A stretch of DNA of 64,000 bases, from assembly GCF_036321535.1 (NCBI RefSeq), contig NC_087436.1, positions 6,386,001-6,450,000 of the forward strand. The letters are read 5' to 3'. This document shows, piece by piece, positions 12,396 through 26,481 of the stretch. Below the pieces are notes generated by a model that did not search any database, was not told the DNA's origin, and saw only the letters and a list, made by a program, of their open reading frames with translations. A program made the position numbers and the translations under genes. The first letter of the stretch is position 1; each line of letters opens with the position of its first letter. Source of the DNA: Camelus dromedarius. Taxonomy: Eukaryota.

Positions 12396-13783
12396 GTTTG
12401 TTATACCTTGAGTCTTCAACTCTTCCCAGAAGGCTTTTGAGGGAACTCATCTTCTAGGTCTCAGAGGAACCACCATTGTACTTACCTCAGTCATGCCTTG
12501 TTTATTTGAGTCCTGGCTTAGTTCCTTTTGAATCTGAGCTTAGAAATGTGTAGAAATTTGTAAGACAGGTGTAGGCTAATTTCACAGTCATGTGTTTTCA
12601 TGCAGTGACTTGGGGTGGTTCTAAGGCTACGCAACATTTTGGAAATAGAAAAAAGTAATTTTTTTTAAAGTAATCTATCTGCTTCACCCCTATTAAGAGG
12701 TACAAAAAATACTGATGATCAGTCATCTGACAAAGTCTACTGGAAATGGGTGTAGCCCCAAACGAGAAAGTCCAGTCCTAAAAGCTGCACAGAACACTGT
12801 AGCTTTGTTGTGTGTGTCTTCTGCTTCAGGACATACTTACTTTCCCCTAAAAGATCCTTAGAAAGTAGTCATTGGGTCCATGGGTCATTTTTTAACTCAG
12901 TCTTCCTTGGTCTGTTCAGCTTTCTGTCAAGAGATAGGGCTTCAATAACCCCTAATTGCAGTATTTCACCAGCCACCTTGAACATCCTACATTTCACTTT
13001 CTGCTAAAAAGAAAAATATGCTCCAGTCTGATTGTGCACTATGTGGTTACAGAATCATTTTCAAAATTGCCCAAGAGTTTGAAATATGTTAGAAAATGCC
13101 ATTCATCTAACCAGAACTTTCTATACAGCTAGTGCTCCATGACCAAACCAGAGCGTCCTCCTGCTCTCCTTTTCTGCCTTTTACTCTAGCATCTTCCTGA
13201 ATTTTTTCAGTAGTTTCATGTTGGAGTAACCACCATATTTTATTACAACCACTAATGATACCTGGTTCCTTTCTGTAGGTGAGAAATAACTAATTAGAGG
13301 CAACCATAAGAAAATAAAAACACACCTAGTGGTACAGAGTTCGAGGAAAATTTGACTTGATGGCCCTAAAGGGAGCATACTCAGGAAGACAACATTTAAT
13401 AAAATGGAAAATAACAGAGCATAACCCTGGGAAGCTGTTCATAGAATTCTGGGATAAAAGTAGTCCTAGAATTACCTGGTCTACTGTCCATTATTTTACC
13501 AAGGAGAAAACTCAGCCCTTAAAGAGTGAGCCACCTCGCTGAGTTCTGATGAAGGACAATCTTGAGTATTCTAATCATTTTCCTTATTCCAAAAATTGTT
13601 CACAGCAAGGAATGAATCCCTATGTGTCCACTATATGGAATCAAACTGTTTTTAACTAACACTTAGTGACTAAAGCCATCCTCACTGAGGGTGTCCTAGG
13701 AGAGTTATAGTCTTTGTACCTGTTGAGATAGATGGAAGACAAACTAGCAGAAGAGCCAAAAACCAAGGGTGGACATTGGTCTC

Positions 13784-14140
13784 CTCTCAACAAGGTGGGT
13801 ATAGAGCAAACATACCTCAACATAACATAAGCCATATATGACAAACCCACAGGTAACATATTCGACAGCGAAAAGCTGAAGGCCTTTCCTCTAAGTTCAG
13901 GAAGAAGACGAGAATGTCCATTCTCACCACTTATATTCAACACAGTTTTGGAAGTCCTAGACATAGCAATCAGAGAAGAAAAAGAAATAAAAGGAATCCA
14001 AATGGGAAAATAAAAAGTAAAACTGTTACTGTTTTCAGATGACATGATACTATACACAGAAAACCCTAAAAACACCCAAAAATAAACCCATACACTTATA
14101 GCCCCTTAATCTATGACAAAGGGGGAAAGGATATACAATG
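13784..14140 (+). mobile_element. L1 ORF2 reverse-transcriptase fragment with internal deletion
   Basis: Encodes [59 protein letters not shown] (FADD motif decayed to FSDD), then jumps to a later ORF2 segment at ~14077. Confidence 0.9.
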
Positions 14141-15700
14141 TAATATACGTTACACGTCGTCTTTCCACAAGCAGTAAAGAAAACCTGCTAGGTTGATATC
14201 ATTTTCCATATTTCTTGCTCCAAACTTTCCCAATATGGTAGACTGTCTTTATGCAGTGCTTCCCCCTCCAAACTAGATATTTAAGAGTAATGAGAGAGTT
14301 TCCTCTTTTCTACTAAAGTTGAATCTTACCACACAGTTTAACCATATAACTTTTAATTCAGTCCAATCACATAAATGTTCCTTTTAATAATTAACATGAA
14401 CACTTTTTAGAATGTGGTAAAAACAGGAGAAGAGAAAAAATTAGACAGTAGAAAGGAAGAATATTTATACTTTTTCCATTTGCCAACAGTGCATTCAATG
14501 ATCCATTTCACACACACACACCCCCTTACGTTTATTGGTGACTGTTTACACTCACCACAATGATTCTCTTTCTCTACTACGTTTGTTCCAACTCCACTTT
14601 CTCTAATTTTATTTTTTCTCATATTTTCTAATCCAAAATTGACCAGATGAGTTAAGAAACCCAAGATATCAAATGCTCCAAGGATTTCTTTACAAAGCAG
14701 TAAATATGCCATGTGTTTTAGTTAATAAAAAAGGCCAAAACTGCCTAACATGATCTTTTTTACTGCCTTGGTCTTGAATATTTTGAAAGATTTCTTATTC
14801 ATCACTTTCATAAAAAACAAATTATTCAAACAATGACTCATTATTGTACAATTTCCTTAACTAACGATTACACTTTATTCTTTTTTTAATCACAAGAACT
14901 CAACTGGGTATTTTGTTTAAAGCTTTTTTTTTTAACTCCTTAACCAAGCAAAGCATATTTTAGAAGAATTCATCAAATCACTTACTGTATGGAGGAAGTA
15001 TCATCAAATAGAATGCAATGTTTAAGAAAATATAAATACAATTCTCCATTGCTAATGAAAATTTATTATACTGATTCATCATAGGTCAGGTAAATTATTA
15101 AAAGGAATTGAGACTAAAGCAATCACAGTCTCATTCAATCATGTAAACATCACTGGCCAATGGAAGCTTGTAAGGGGAAGAAAATACACTTACTGATTTT
15201 TTTCATAATTGAACAACTAGAATTCAATAAATGTGAACTAAATAACTCATTCCAGTTAATATCTTAAACTGAAAAGTTACAGATTTAAGTACAAATTCTA
15301 GACTGTAAGAAATAAAAAAACACATCCATGGTCACGTAATTTTACAACATCACAAGTCATTTTCACAAGTCACCAGACCTTTGGAATACTTTTGAGCCTG
15401 AAAAGCCTTACCTCTCTGGTCTCTAATAATAAGTTTACCCCCTTTTCAAGCTATTCTTGTCTTTTTCTCAACTCCATATTTCTTAAGACTAAGTAAAGCT
15501 GCCCAAAGCATCACACACATTTGCAAAGTACATATGGCCTAAAATGTTCAGCCACATGAATCAAAATTGACCATTTTCCCAGAATTTTCCAGACAAGTAC
15601 CTCAACTTTTCACTTTACTTTGCTTCTGTAATCATATCCTTAATATATACAAAATCTAGTGGGGTTTTTATATAATGCAGACATTTTTAAAAGCCATAGC

Positions 15701-16108
15701 TGGTGGAATGGATGGAATTGTATCTTCCCCAAAAATATGCTCAAATCCTAATTCTGGTATCTGTGAATGTGACCTTATTTGGAAACAGGGTCTTTGCAAC
15801 TTTGATGAAGTTAAGGATCTTGAGATGATATCATGCCGGATTTAGAGCAGGCAGTAAAGTCAATGACTGGTATCCTTATAAGAAAAAGGAGAGGCAGATT
15901 TGAGACACAGACCCACAGAGAAAGTGAGGGAAAGATAGAACAGAGATGGGTGTGGTGAGTCTACAGGCCGAGAGATATCAAGGATTGCCAGCAGCTTCCA
16001 GAATCCAGGAGAGACGCAGAAGGGAACTGTGAGAGAATACATTCACATTGTTTTAAGCCACCAAATTCATGGTAATTTGTTAGAGAGCAGCCCAAGGAAA
16101 CTAATACA
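15701..16108 (+). mobile_element. MLT1B/C (MaLR) solo LTR
   Basis: gtgaatgtgaccttatttggaaacagggtctttgca ... ttgttttaagccacc...ggaaactaataca. Confidence 0.85.
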
Positions 16109-16832
16109 AATGGTTAAACAATGAGATAAATATTAGTTGCAAAGAATCTAAAAACTAGTCATTCAGATGCACAGGATGTACAAGGTGCCCCAGTTTCCAG
16201 TTTCTACTTGCAGTCTTATTTACACAAATTTACAAATCAATGCTTTCCCTCTAATCACAATTTTGATGCTGGATGGATGATATAATCCTCCAAATTTTAG
16301 AGGCTATTTGGAAAAAAGCCTCTTTTTTTTTTTTTATTATAACATGCCTTATCTGTCAAAATGTTTCATTTTGCTCTTTCTTCAAAAAAAGGTGTCAATC
16401 AGTTAGTTGCCAAGGGCAAATCTGGAATGAATGTCATTGGCAAAATGAAGAAAGGGATGTTTCTCTTATGCAGCCCAGTGTGGATGAGGGGCAGACACCA
16501 AGACAGTTACTCTGTTCTCTCAGTGTCACTCACAAAGGAAAGACCTTTGGTCCCTGGAAGAACAATATTTCTCAAAAACACACCTGAACAGTTCTGGTTG
16601 AGTTCTCTGGTAGTCTACGGCTATTTTGGGTCAGACAGTTACTCTCCCCTGAGGTGAAATATAGGCTAGGCATTATATTCTCTAGAAGGAATAGAATAAA
16701 CTATAGAATATTCCCAGGGTGCCATCTTGGAATCAATTTCTTCATCTCTTTAATAAGCACTTTAGCCTCTGTTTTGACTCAGGCACTGAGTTAAGTGCCA
16801 TGAACACAAAGGTACTTAAGAAATGGGCCTTT

Positions 16833-17728
16833 CGTGGCCAGCAGGCACATGAAAAGATGCTCAACATCATTAATCATCAGAGAAATGCAAATCAAAACCA
16901 CAGTGAAGTATCAGCTCACACCTGTCAGGACGGCTGTCATCAAAAAGTCTCCAAATAACAAATGTTAGTGAGAATGGGGAGAAAAGGGGGCCCTTGCACA
17001 CGCTGGTAGGAATGTAAATTGGTGCAGCCGCTATGGAAAACAGTATGGAGGTTCCTCAAGAAACTAAAAATAGGATGACCATATGATCTGGCAATTCTGC
17101 TCCTGGATATTTATCAAAGATAACAAAAACACTAATGTGAAAATGTACATGCACCCCAGTGTTCATAGCAGCATTGTGTACAATAACCAAGATATGGAAG
17201 CAACCTAAATGTCCATCAACAGGTGACTGGATAAAGAAGATGTGGTATATTTATACAATGGAATACTACTCACCCATAAAAAATTAAAATAATGCCATTT
17301 GCAGCAACATGGATGGACCTAGAGAGTATTATGCTCAGTGAAATAAGTCAGACAGAGAAAGACAAATACTCTATGTTAACACTTATATGTGGAATCTAAA
17401 ACATACAACAAATAAATGTATATAACAAAACAGAAAAAGGCTCACAGATACAGAGAGCAAACTTGTGGTTACCAGTGGGGAGAGGGAGGAAGTGGGAGGG
17501 GCAAGACAGGGGTAGGGGACTGAGAGACACAAACTACTATGTATAAAATAAATAAGCAAGAAGAACACGTTTTACAGCACAGAGAATACAGCTACAACTT
17601 TCAAACAACTTTAAATGGAGTATATTCTATGAAAATATTGAATCACTAGGTTGTGCACCTGAAACCAATATAATCTTGTAAATCAACTACAGTTCAATAA
17701 AAGAAAATTATTCTGGAAAAAGATAAAT
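16833..17728 (+). mobile_element. L1 3' ~0.9 kb with TSD
   Basis: ORF2 Cys-rich tail, 3'UTR and A tail; perfect TSD AAATGGGCCTTT at 16821-16832 and 17729-17740. Confidence 0.95.
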
Positions 17729-19639
17729 AAATGGGCCTTTTCCTCAAGTGGATAGAGGAATCAGAAAATAAGAAGATAAATTACTGGGTGGTGTTAAAAA
17801 GAACCATTACAGAGATATGGACAAAATGTTATGAAAACAAAACCCAGAAAAATGGAGCCATTAACTCCGCCTAGAGACATCACCACGCAGACGTCCAGGA
17901 GGGGCGCACTGAGGAGGCTGTACACAGACAGCAAAGGCAGGGAGGAGACATCAGGACAACGGCAAGAGTGTGTGATGCTCCCAGGTTCTCATACACCTTG
18001 CAGAAGAGGCATGTGTGTGCTTTGCCATCAAAGGGAGAGTTAGCTTTATTCTCATTAATCCAAGTTCCAGACTTGTAAAGGTGAAAATTAATCTACTAAA
18101 ATCTGAACTGGCTATGCCACGGGGGAGAGAGTCAGCCAGAAACAGTCAAGCCAAAAGCCCACAGGTCTCCCTCCAGGTCGAGGTGGCCACGCCATAGGGT
18201 CCCTCAGTGCAATTGGCTATCCCCTCCAGGAAAGCCTGGGGCCACATATCTAGAGCATGACACATAGCTTTATATTGTTGAAGAAGAAAATGTTCCAGAA
18301 GAGAAGAGGAGGAGGCAGCTCTAGTCCAAGCAGAGGAAAAAAAAAATCAAGCTTATCAGAGAAGAGAGAGAGATTCTAATTTAAAATGTTCACATTTCTG
18401 AATGCTAAACACATTGAATTTTTGGTTGTTTTGTTTGATCACCTTAACTGTTGCTCAGCCCTGCCCTTCTCTGTGCCTGTGTGGAAAGTGTCTAGAGGCA
18501 TTTCTTTAAAGCAAACCAGTTTTAAGACCAACCTATAGCTCTAAGTGAAGGGTTCTTTCTTCATAATCACCCAGGAAGGTCATCTGCTGTGGTGGTGGGA
18601 TGCCCCGCTACAGATGAAACCTGGCCTTCTATTTCTGCCTCTTTCTCTTCTCTGGCTGGACGTGTGTCTGATATCCCCTGGGAATCACGGGAGGCAGCTC
18701 CAATTCAGAGGGGATGGTGAGTATCTTGGAATAATTGGAGGCAGATCCCTGGAACAGTAAATCACGTTTGAGGCATAGAAGGTGGCCTCCTTCAGAACGG
18801 GGGTATGTCCAAAAATGAACGCTTGAGAATATCTTTTAAGAAATGGTTTAATAGTTCTATCCTGTAATAAAAAGGAGTTCATTGAAACTTTTTTTTAAAA
18901 GCTTTTATGAGAAAAAGCTGCTTGTCTCCTAAAGATCCCTGGGAGCATTGAAAAGGGGGCTTGTTTTTGGATTCCTGAGAGACACATGCTTAAGTCAACC
19001 CTGGACCCATGCCCCCAACAGCTGGGACCCTGAGAAGCGGGCAGTTACACAACTGCATAGTGAGAACTAGAATGAAAGATATGTTGTCATAACTACATCA
19101 GGAGGAAAGGGGAAGGTGCACTCACCCAGCTGAATTCTCATCCACCAAAACAGGAAGTCAGAGAGAAGGTCTCAGACTGATCAATAAAAATAACTGTAAG
19201 CACATATCATTGAGAAACATGGAAATAAACACTGGAGGAAATAGCTAAGGATGTTGGAAATGGTCCCCTAAGGACACCAGGACTGAAGGGCAGAGAGGGT
19301 CAAGCCAAGGCGAATCCTCTCATAGGTCTAAATCTTCGTTACGAATCATGAGCATACATTCCTTTTTGAAAAGAGGTTTAAATTGAAGGAACTGAATGGA
19401 AAAAAATGCTGGATTATCTAAAAATTTAAAAATCCAAAATATTGTTTCGATTTTGGTGTTCTGATGTTTCACTTAACTAATGACAATGAGGTACATTTTA
19501 AATAAATCACTCTGCTTTCATCCCTTTTAAAAAAAAACTAGTAATTTTATATTTTTTTTCTATAGCTCTTCTGTAACTGGTAAGAAATCCACATACTCTC
19601 GTGAGTCAGATTCATACCATCAAATCCCCAAATATCTTA

Positions 19640-19731
19640 GGATCCCCAGCCTGCAAAACTGTGAAACATAAATGTTTGCTGTTCAAGTCAGCAGTCTAAA
19701 AAATTTTGTTACACCAGTATAGACTAATGCA
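19640..19731 (+). mobile_element. MLT1 LTR 3' fragment
   Basis: ccagcctgcaaaactgtgaaacataaatgtttgctgttcaag...ttttgttac...gactaatgca. Confidence 0.6.
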
Positions 19732-19971
19732 ACGCCTACTCCAATAATGGAACGTGTCTTCATGCCTCTTTTATTACAAAGGTTTTTGTTGCTACTTCTC
19801 TGCTTTCGTTTTCAGTATATCCAATGTTTGGCTGAGTCTAGTAAAATAGATAGAAAGGAGAGAAACACCAAATAATAGGAAGAAAATTAAAATGTATACC
19901 TGACATATGGAGATAATAAAAAAAAAAGTCTCCCCTGTTAAAACTTGTGGAAAGTTTCTCAGTTTTTTGAT

Positions 19972-21300
19972 TTATGATGGCAGCACCAGCCATAGGACCC
20001 CCTAGATCATGCAGCCAGCTTCCCTGGGACCCCCCTGGCCCACAGGCAGCTGTGCCATGGGGTCTATTCCCACCTACAAGTGGGCAAGAACCAGACCCAT
20101 GAGTCCCCAGTCCTTGTAACCAGCCACACCAGGACCCAGCAGTACCCACCAGCAACACAGCAGCCACCACACAAGGCAGACCTGGCAGCCAACTGGGCTG
20201 GGGACCAGCACCCCCACCAGCACCCCCACAGTAGTCCAACCACCACAACAGGATAGAAGGGCCCACTCAGCCCACATCGAGGGCAGCCTTAGATTTTATA
20301 GCTCTGGTGACCAGAAGGGAGTGTGATGCTGGCTCCCATAGGATGTCCCCTACTTAAGGTCATTCCTCCAAGATCGGTAATCATAACCAATCCACCTAAC
20401 GCATAGAAATAAACACAGAGAATTCGCACTTAGGTGACAAAGACTGTTCCAAATGAAGGAAGAAGATAAAACCTCAGAAGAAGAACTAAGTGAAGTGGAG
20501 ATAAGAAATATACACAGTAGGGAGTTCAAAATAATCATCATAAACTCAGGAAAGGAATAAATGAACAGAGTGAGAGGTTTAACAGAGAGTTAAAAAGTAG
20601 AAAGAAGACCCAAATAGAGCTGAGCACCACAATAACTGAAATTTAAAAACACACTAGGAGTCCGGAGTGGATTAGATAATACAGAAGAAAGGAACAGTGA
20701 ACTGGAAAACAGAGGAGTGGAAATCACTGATGCTGAGCAGAAAAAAGAAAAGAGAATTTTAAAAAATGAGGACAGTTTAATTGCCTTCTGGGGTAACATC
20801 AAGTGGACTATCATTCACATGATAAGAGTCCAGGGGAGAGGAAGGGCAGAAAACTTATCTGAGGCAATAATAGCTGAAAACTTCCCTAACCTGGTAAAGG
20901 AGACAGACATCCAGGTCCAGGAAACACAGAGAATCCTGATCAAGACAAACTCAAAAGTTTGTCCACACCAAGACATATCATAATTAAAATGGCAAAAAAT
21001 AAAGAGAGAAGCTTAAAAGAAGCAAGAGAAAATCTATTAGCTATGTGCAAGGGAACTCCCATAAGACTGTCAGCTGACTTTTCCATGGGAACTCTGCAGT
21101 CAGACGGGACTGGCATGATATATTTAGAGTGATGAAAGGAAAAAACCTACAACCAAGATTACTGTACTCCGCAAGGCTCTCATTCAGATTTGAAGGAGAC
21201 AGAGTTTTACAGACATGCAAAACCTAAAAGACTTCAGCACCACTAAACCAACCTTACAATAAATGTTAAAGGGACCTTCTAAGCAGAAAAGAAAAGACCA
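19972..21300 (+). mobile_element. L1 5'UTR part plus decayed ORF1
   Basis: ORF track 20717-20983 (EITDAEQKKEKRILKNEDSL...IIAENFPNLVKETDIQVQETQR) is L1 ORF1p; ORF1 end near 21280. Confidence 0.9.
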
Positions 21301-21314
21301 CAGGCTAGGGGCGA

Positions 21315-21456
21315 GGGGTTGTCCTATGCCCTGTAGGATGTTTAGCTGCATCCCTGGCCTCTGCCTACTAGATGCCAGTAGAGACACCCTCTCCCACCCT
21401 CTTTATGACAATCAAAAATATCTCCAGACATCCCCTGGGAGGCAAAGAACCACTGG
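21315..21456 (+). mobile_element. MER20 fragment
   Basis: tgtaggatgtttagctgcatccctggcctctgcctactagatgccagtag...tctccagacat...gaaccactg. Confidence 0.85.
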
Positions 21457-21635
21457 TCTAGAGGGATCCTCTTAGGCTCGGGGCCACAGCTGCATGGCTT
21501 TAATATAGCAATCTGCAAGTTTTCCTGGGGTAGGGACAGAGGAAACAGTGATATTGTTCCATCTCTGTCCAGTAGTGCTCAACTCTTGTGCCACTCATTT
21601 CGGTCCTTAACTTTCCTGCTCTGGTACCCAAGAAA

Positions 21636-21822
21636 TCGCTTCTCTGGACTTCAGTTTCCTCATCAGGAAAATGGGCATCATCATCATAATTATTATTAAT
21701 AAAAAATAACAGCACCTGTGCCATAGAGTTGTTAGAAGGATCAAATAAGATAATGCATGTAAAATGCTTCTAACAGTGCCTGGCACTGAGCAATTTCAAA
21801 TAAATGTTAGTTATTATTATTA
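21636..21822 (+). mobile_element. MIR SINE
   Basis: Core tcagtttcctcatcaggaaaatggg ... gataatgcatgtaaaatgctt...cagtgcctggcac. Confidence 0.85.
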
Positions 21823-22283
21823 ACATCATAATCATCCTCATTATTACATCATCATCATCAAAGGCTTCCCCTCAGGACCCATGGCCTCACTGGGACCTTC
21901 AGGTAATTAAGCAGGGGCAGCTATGAACTGTAGAAACTTGGGACTTTTTACTGACTTCGTAGCACATGACAGTAAACAATGACATGTCTCAAGTTCAAGG
22001 CACATGCAGAAGATTTTCCTGAGGTTTACGTCATGACAAAAGCTTTCACTGCACTTTCCAAGCTCACTTCCGCCTAATTCGGTCACATGACCAACCACAT
22101 TTGTAGTGGTTGGTGAGAAACAAGAGGGAGAAATCCTACAAGTGTAACCAGTGTCCCCATTAAAGAATTTTTACCTGTGGAGGGGTGATGAGAGAGGAGA
22201 AGGTATTCAATCTGATCTTCTTTACAGCTGTCTTGCAGTTCTGGTGTATTCTCTTCACCTTGCTGAGTCCAGGGTGTAGCCGT

Positions 22284-22830
22284 GCATTCAATTAATTCAG
22301 TAAATATGTACTGAAAATCTGGGCTGTACCAGGCATCTTTTGGGTATCAGGATACAGCAGGAGTTAAAGTTCCCTTGAGAAGCTGTCAGATTGGGGTAGA
22401 TGGTACAGGAATATCTACTTTGTCAGATGTTACAAGTGCTGTGGGGAGACAAAGCAAGGGTGTGCTAGACAAGGGGGTGTGGATCTACTGTGTCCTGGTC
22501 AGGAAGGCTCACTGATGAGAAGTGGGAGGGTCAGCCACATGGATGCCTTGGGGAAGAACCCTCCAGGCAGAGGGGCAGCAAGTGAAAAGACCGTGAGAGG
22601 GGTGTTATTGGCACCCAGAGAACCGGCAAGGAGGCTAGTGTGCCTGGAACAGGGGAAGCAATCAGCATGGTCCTAGGAAATGCGGTCAGAGAGAAATGGG
22701 GTGGGTGGTGGTGTTGATGACGTGGAACCTTGTAGACCAGTGAGACAACATGGACTTCTAATCTGAGAAAGATAAGGAGGTACTTTTCTAAAAGGTTTTG
22801 CCAGATAAGTGGTATGATTTCATTTCATCT
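22284..22830 (-). mobile_element. L2 3' fragment
   Basis: cattcaattaattcagtaaatatgtactga...ccaggcagaggggcagcaagtgaaaaga...aggaggctagtgtgcctgga. Confidence 0.75.
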
Positions 22831-22919
22831 ATGTAATAGGCACTTGTATCAACGGCATTATCCGCCTGAGAAATTAACTCTATGTTAATGGCCATACTAA
22901 CTGAAAAACATGTCCTTGG

Positions 22920-23340
22920 GGGAACTTCTGATTGGGAGTGTGTGAAGAGATCAGTGATTTCTCTCCCCAAAGAATAATATAAAAGTAGGAGGGGGGGTCA
23001 AAAAGCACTAATCTAGGGCATTAGAAATTGCCAAAGGCAAACAACAAATTGAAAGGCATTTCTTCTTGACAAACTGCTGGGACAGTGGGGAGTCTGTGGC
23101 CAGAGACTCTTGCCTGGGACAGCCCCCTCCTTCCCCAAGCTTGGTGATTAATGACCAGCAGTTTTGCTGCCAGAGGGCAGACTCAATTTGGGGGCAGAGG
23201 GAAGAAATGCTTTCTTTGCCGTATGAAAGTTGTGAGTTTAGTTGAAAGCAAACGGAGAAATCCCATAGCTTTGCAAGCTCAAGGGTTTACTTTTTGCCAG
23301 TGATTTAGTGGAGAGACTCTGAAAATGAGCAATCCTGGAA
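22920..23340 (+). mobile_element. Old L1 (L1M-type) 5'UTR fragment
   Basis: Resembles ancient L1 5' ends (aaaggcaaacaacaaattgaaaggcattt...gggagtctgtggc). Confidence 0.45.
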
Positions 23341-23429
23341 GTGTGGCTGGTGTAACTTTTTTCTACTTTTTTAAAATTGAAAAGCCATATGGAGTGACTG
23401 TATTGGATGACACAGATTTATACAATCAA

Positions 23430-23705
23430 AATCAAGGATGAATGATTGGGAAGCCAAGGCGGGCAGCCCCTACAATTAAAAATCAGATCCACGGCCCTGT
23501 TTCAGCACTTGAGCCAGTTTTCACATCTGGAACTCATTGACTGAAGGAAAGGAAAAACCCAGTGAGCTAGGACCCTGCAGCCTCACAGCAAAGATATATG
23601 GTAATGATTTCCCCAATCCTTCTTATAACCATTTATTCAGGCGACGGCGCAGGGGAAGGGGGACTAGCCAGACATGGAGGATTATAAGACACAGTGTGTG
23701 AGTGG
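23430..23705 (+). mobile_element. ERVL internal gag-pro junction fossil
   Basis: Fragments LSQFSHLELID*RKG, DPAASQQRYMVMISPIL, PFIQATA, GKGTSQT and a decayed DT(G) motif are collinear with ERVL LSQFTDPEPL...KDP...PFTRVTVHWGKG...LLDTG. Confidence 0.65.
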
Positions 23706-23759
23706 AAATTAAAGTCAATAATGAGTTTTTTTATCCTACACTATAGTTGTAGATTTATT

Positions 23760-24055
23760 AATTTCTTTTTGTAATTAGGTTAATTTTTGCTTTATGTATT
23801 TTAAGGTTAAGTTGGTAGGTATATACACAACTATATCATGTTTATTATTGTATAGCACCCCTCTTCACTTAGATTAAGTTTTGTTAATTCTACTTTAAAA
23901 TCTATTTTGCCTGATGTTTAGTATCACTGCACCAGGCACTTTTGGTTAATCTTGGGTTTTTTGTTTAACATCTCTTTTTTTTCAACCTTTCTTTAGTTTT
24001 TCTTTAGTAGATTCTTTTGTAAACAGTAAAGAACTTTATTTTAATTTTGTATCTA
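23760..24055 (-). mobile_element. Old L1 ORF2 endonuclease-region fragment
   Basis: ctttaaaatctattttgcctgat is antisense to the SDKIDFK-like motif. Confidence 0.55.
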
Positions 24056-24304
24056 ATATAAAAATGAGGGGATTTTTTAGCTCACATGGAAAATACACTA
24101 CACATGGGAAATACATCCATGAATAAGCTGTAGACCCGGCCTCAAGAGAGCTAATAGACTTTGTTTATTGTGAACAGTGAACAGGGTACAGTGGTACACA
24201 CACGCACACACAAATAGTTCAAGTCCACTCGAGATACATAAGCTGTAGTGACATATAGTGATGGGGAGGAAGTACAAATAATGCACATACTTTACAATGT
24301 AGAA

Positions 24305-24540
24305 CAGTGTTTCTCAAACTTTTGTTCATTATCACCCCTCTGAGGAACCTTTTCCCACCATCTTTTTTCCTAATTGCTTTCTCCTCCTCCAGGAAATTAA
24401 ATATTTCATAATAAGATTGGGAGGGGGGACAGTTGAGTTTTGGAGGACCACAAACCATTGTAATATCCAAGACTTTTTCACCCTCCCCTAACCAAAAGCC
24501 AGTAGTCACTTCTTTGGGGGCAATATCATTGAGAATGTAG
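24305..24540. mobile_element. hAT-Charlie MITE (Charlie4a-like, family uncertain)
   Basis: cagtgtttctcaaact start; ccacaaaccattgtaatatc...gggggcaatatc...ttgagaatg end. Confidence 0.55.
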
Positions 24541-26481
24541 ATGGAGACACGACATGGTAGAGAAAGGCACTTTCAGTGGAAAGGATTCGGAAGGTCTGTA
24601 AGAAGGTAACATCTGAACTGGTTGTGAAATGTGGATATGATTTGTTCATGGAGAGAAAGGGGTGAATTTCCGGCATCATTGCTGAGAGAGAAAACCCTGC
24701 ATAAGTTAAAGGTTTTGCCAGCATCTGTGAAATCACACCATCTCCTTACTGCTGCCTATGTGTGGTTGGCTTGAAAATTTTATCAAAGAAAATAATCGAA
24801 GAATACTCTGGTGATACCTGGAACAGAAGGCTACACACAAAAAATGTAAAATGTATGAGGTTTATATTATTTTTCTTTAAAAATATTTTTGTATTTGATA
24901 CATTTCTTGTCATCAGTAATTTAAACTACTTCCAAATTCCTGTGGAATTCAAAAATCCACTACTAACATACACATTGTCAGAAGTCCATGAGAACAAACT
25001 TGGCAAAAGCAAGAGTAATTATATATGTCATTTTCTGTAGGAAACCCACCTGCTCAAAAAATTAGTTATTGTAAGTTAATCAGCAGCTTCAACAGCATAG
25101 CTCTAATGAGATCTCTCAAAATTTTACTTGTACTTTTTAAAAACTATTATTTTTCCTTTCCACCAGTGCCTCACACACACCCTCACATACACACTTCACC
25201 ATTGCCACCGTGTATTTGAAGATGATGACGTTCTTTGCAATACTTTACGTAAGAGATGTGTAATCAATCTTTTATAATCAACACATGTACTAGACAATAA
25301 TTCCTCGGGTGTGGAGTTAGTCTTAATATTTTTTATCTTTAGACCAGCCAGTAGTCCCTTGACCAGAGTAAATATTAAGATCTAATAATAAAAATGGAGA
25401 GTGAAATAAACTCATAGTGGGGAAAACATTACAGTTCATTTTCTGCATTATTGGCTGACAATAGCTTAAGGTCAAAGACATGTGAATATCTAGCCTGTTG
25501 TTTTTAGGTCCAAGTAGTTGGATCAGGGCTTCTCTATTAAACATGTCTCCAACCTTAAGGTCAGTTTAAGTGCCTGGAAATGACTTCCAACATGGGATGA
25601 TACACACATATGTTTCTCATATTTGACATAAAAAATTATCCAATTTAGAATTTTAATTTTTGGCACAAGGCATTGAGGACTCTATTACATTAAAAATTAA
25701 GATAAGAACCTTGGGCAAGATACTATGAAACATGTCCTTGGGAATGGGGTATCTATCAGCAAGAACCCAGGAAGGCTTGGCTTGGAATATCTCTTCCAAA
25801 AGTTCTTGTTAGCATCACCATTATAATGCACACATAACAACTGCTAATATTTTGATGACCAACGGTCTCAGATTTAACCATTGAAAGTGGGCAAAACTTC
25901 TGAAAATGTGAGAATGGATTCTCTCAGCTCTAATAATAAGCCACTAGAAACATTTGTTGCATAAATGAGTAAATAAATATAAATAAATGTTATAGCCATA
26001 GTATTTTTGACCCTTCATTTCAAGACTGATGGTAGCGTTCAGCCCGTTTACCACTATTATACTTGTCCTCACCATCCAAATCCCCTTCTGCTTGGTCACG
26101 TCCAATCCTTCAGCCCATCTGGCCTCTGCTGGATTCACTTACTTCCTTTTCCAGCCAGGGCAACATGACAAATGACCTCAACTATTTTTGCACCAGCGTG
26201 CTCCATTCCTTGCTCTACTTTTCCTTCCATTTAACTTGCTTTACCAGTCCCTAACTCTGGGTTGAACCCAAAAATCTTTTCTTTCTTCACTCCAGCATCT
26301 GGGATGGAGACATAAATAAAATAACAAATGATGTTTTTCAGCCCCATCGGGCCTCTTTAATAATCTGCCTTGTTTCTTTTAAAGGGTATTTTTTTTTCAA
26401 CCCACAAGCTCTCAAAGATGGAAATCCTTGGTTATCCATCCTGGTTTGTGCTTACAACATGTATTTTCTCCAGAATTTCTT

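Noticed and set aside
24749..24828. Possible minus-strand exon (tgtgtgtag|CCTTCTG...GCAGCA|gtaagg)
   Set aside because: Plausible signals but no recognisable translation or other support; such pairs arise by chance.
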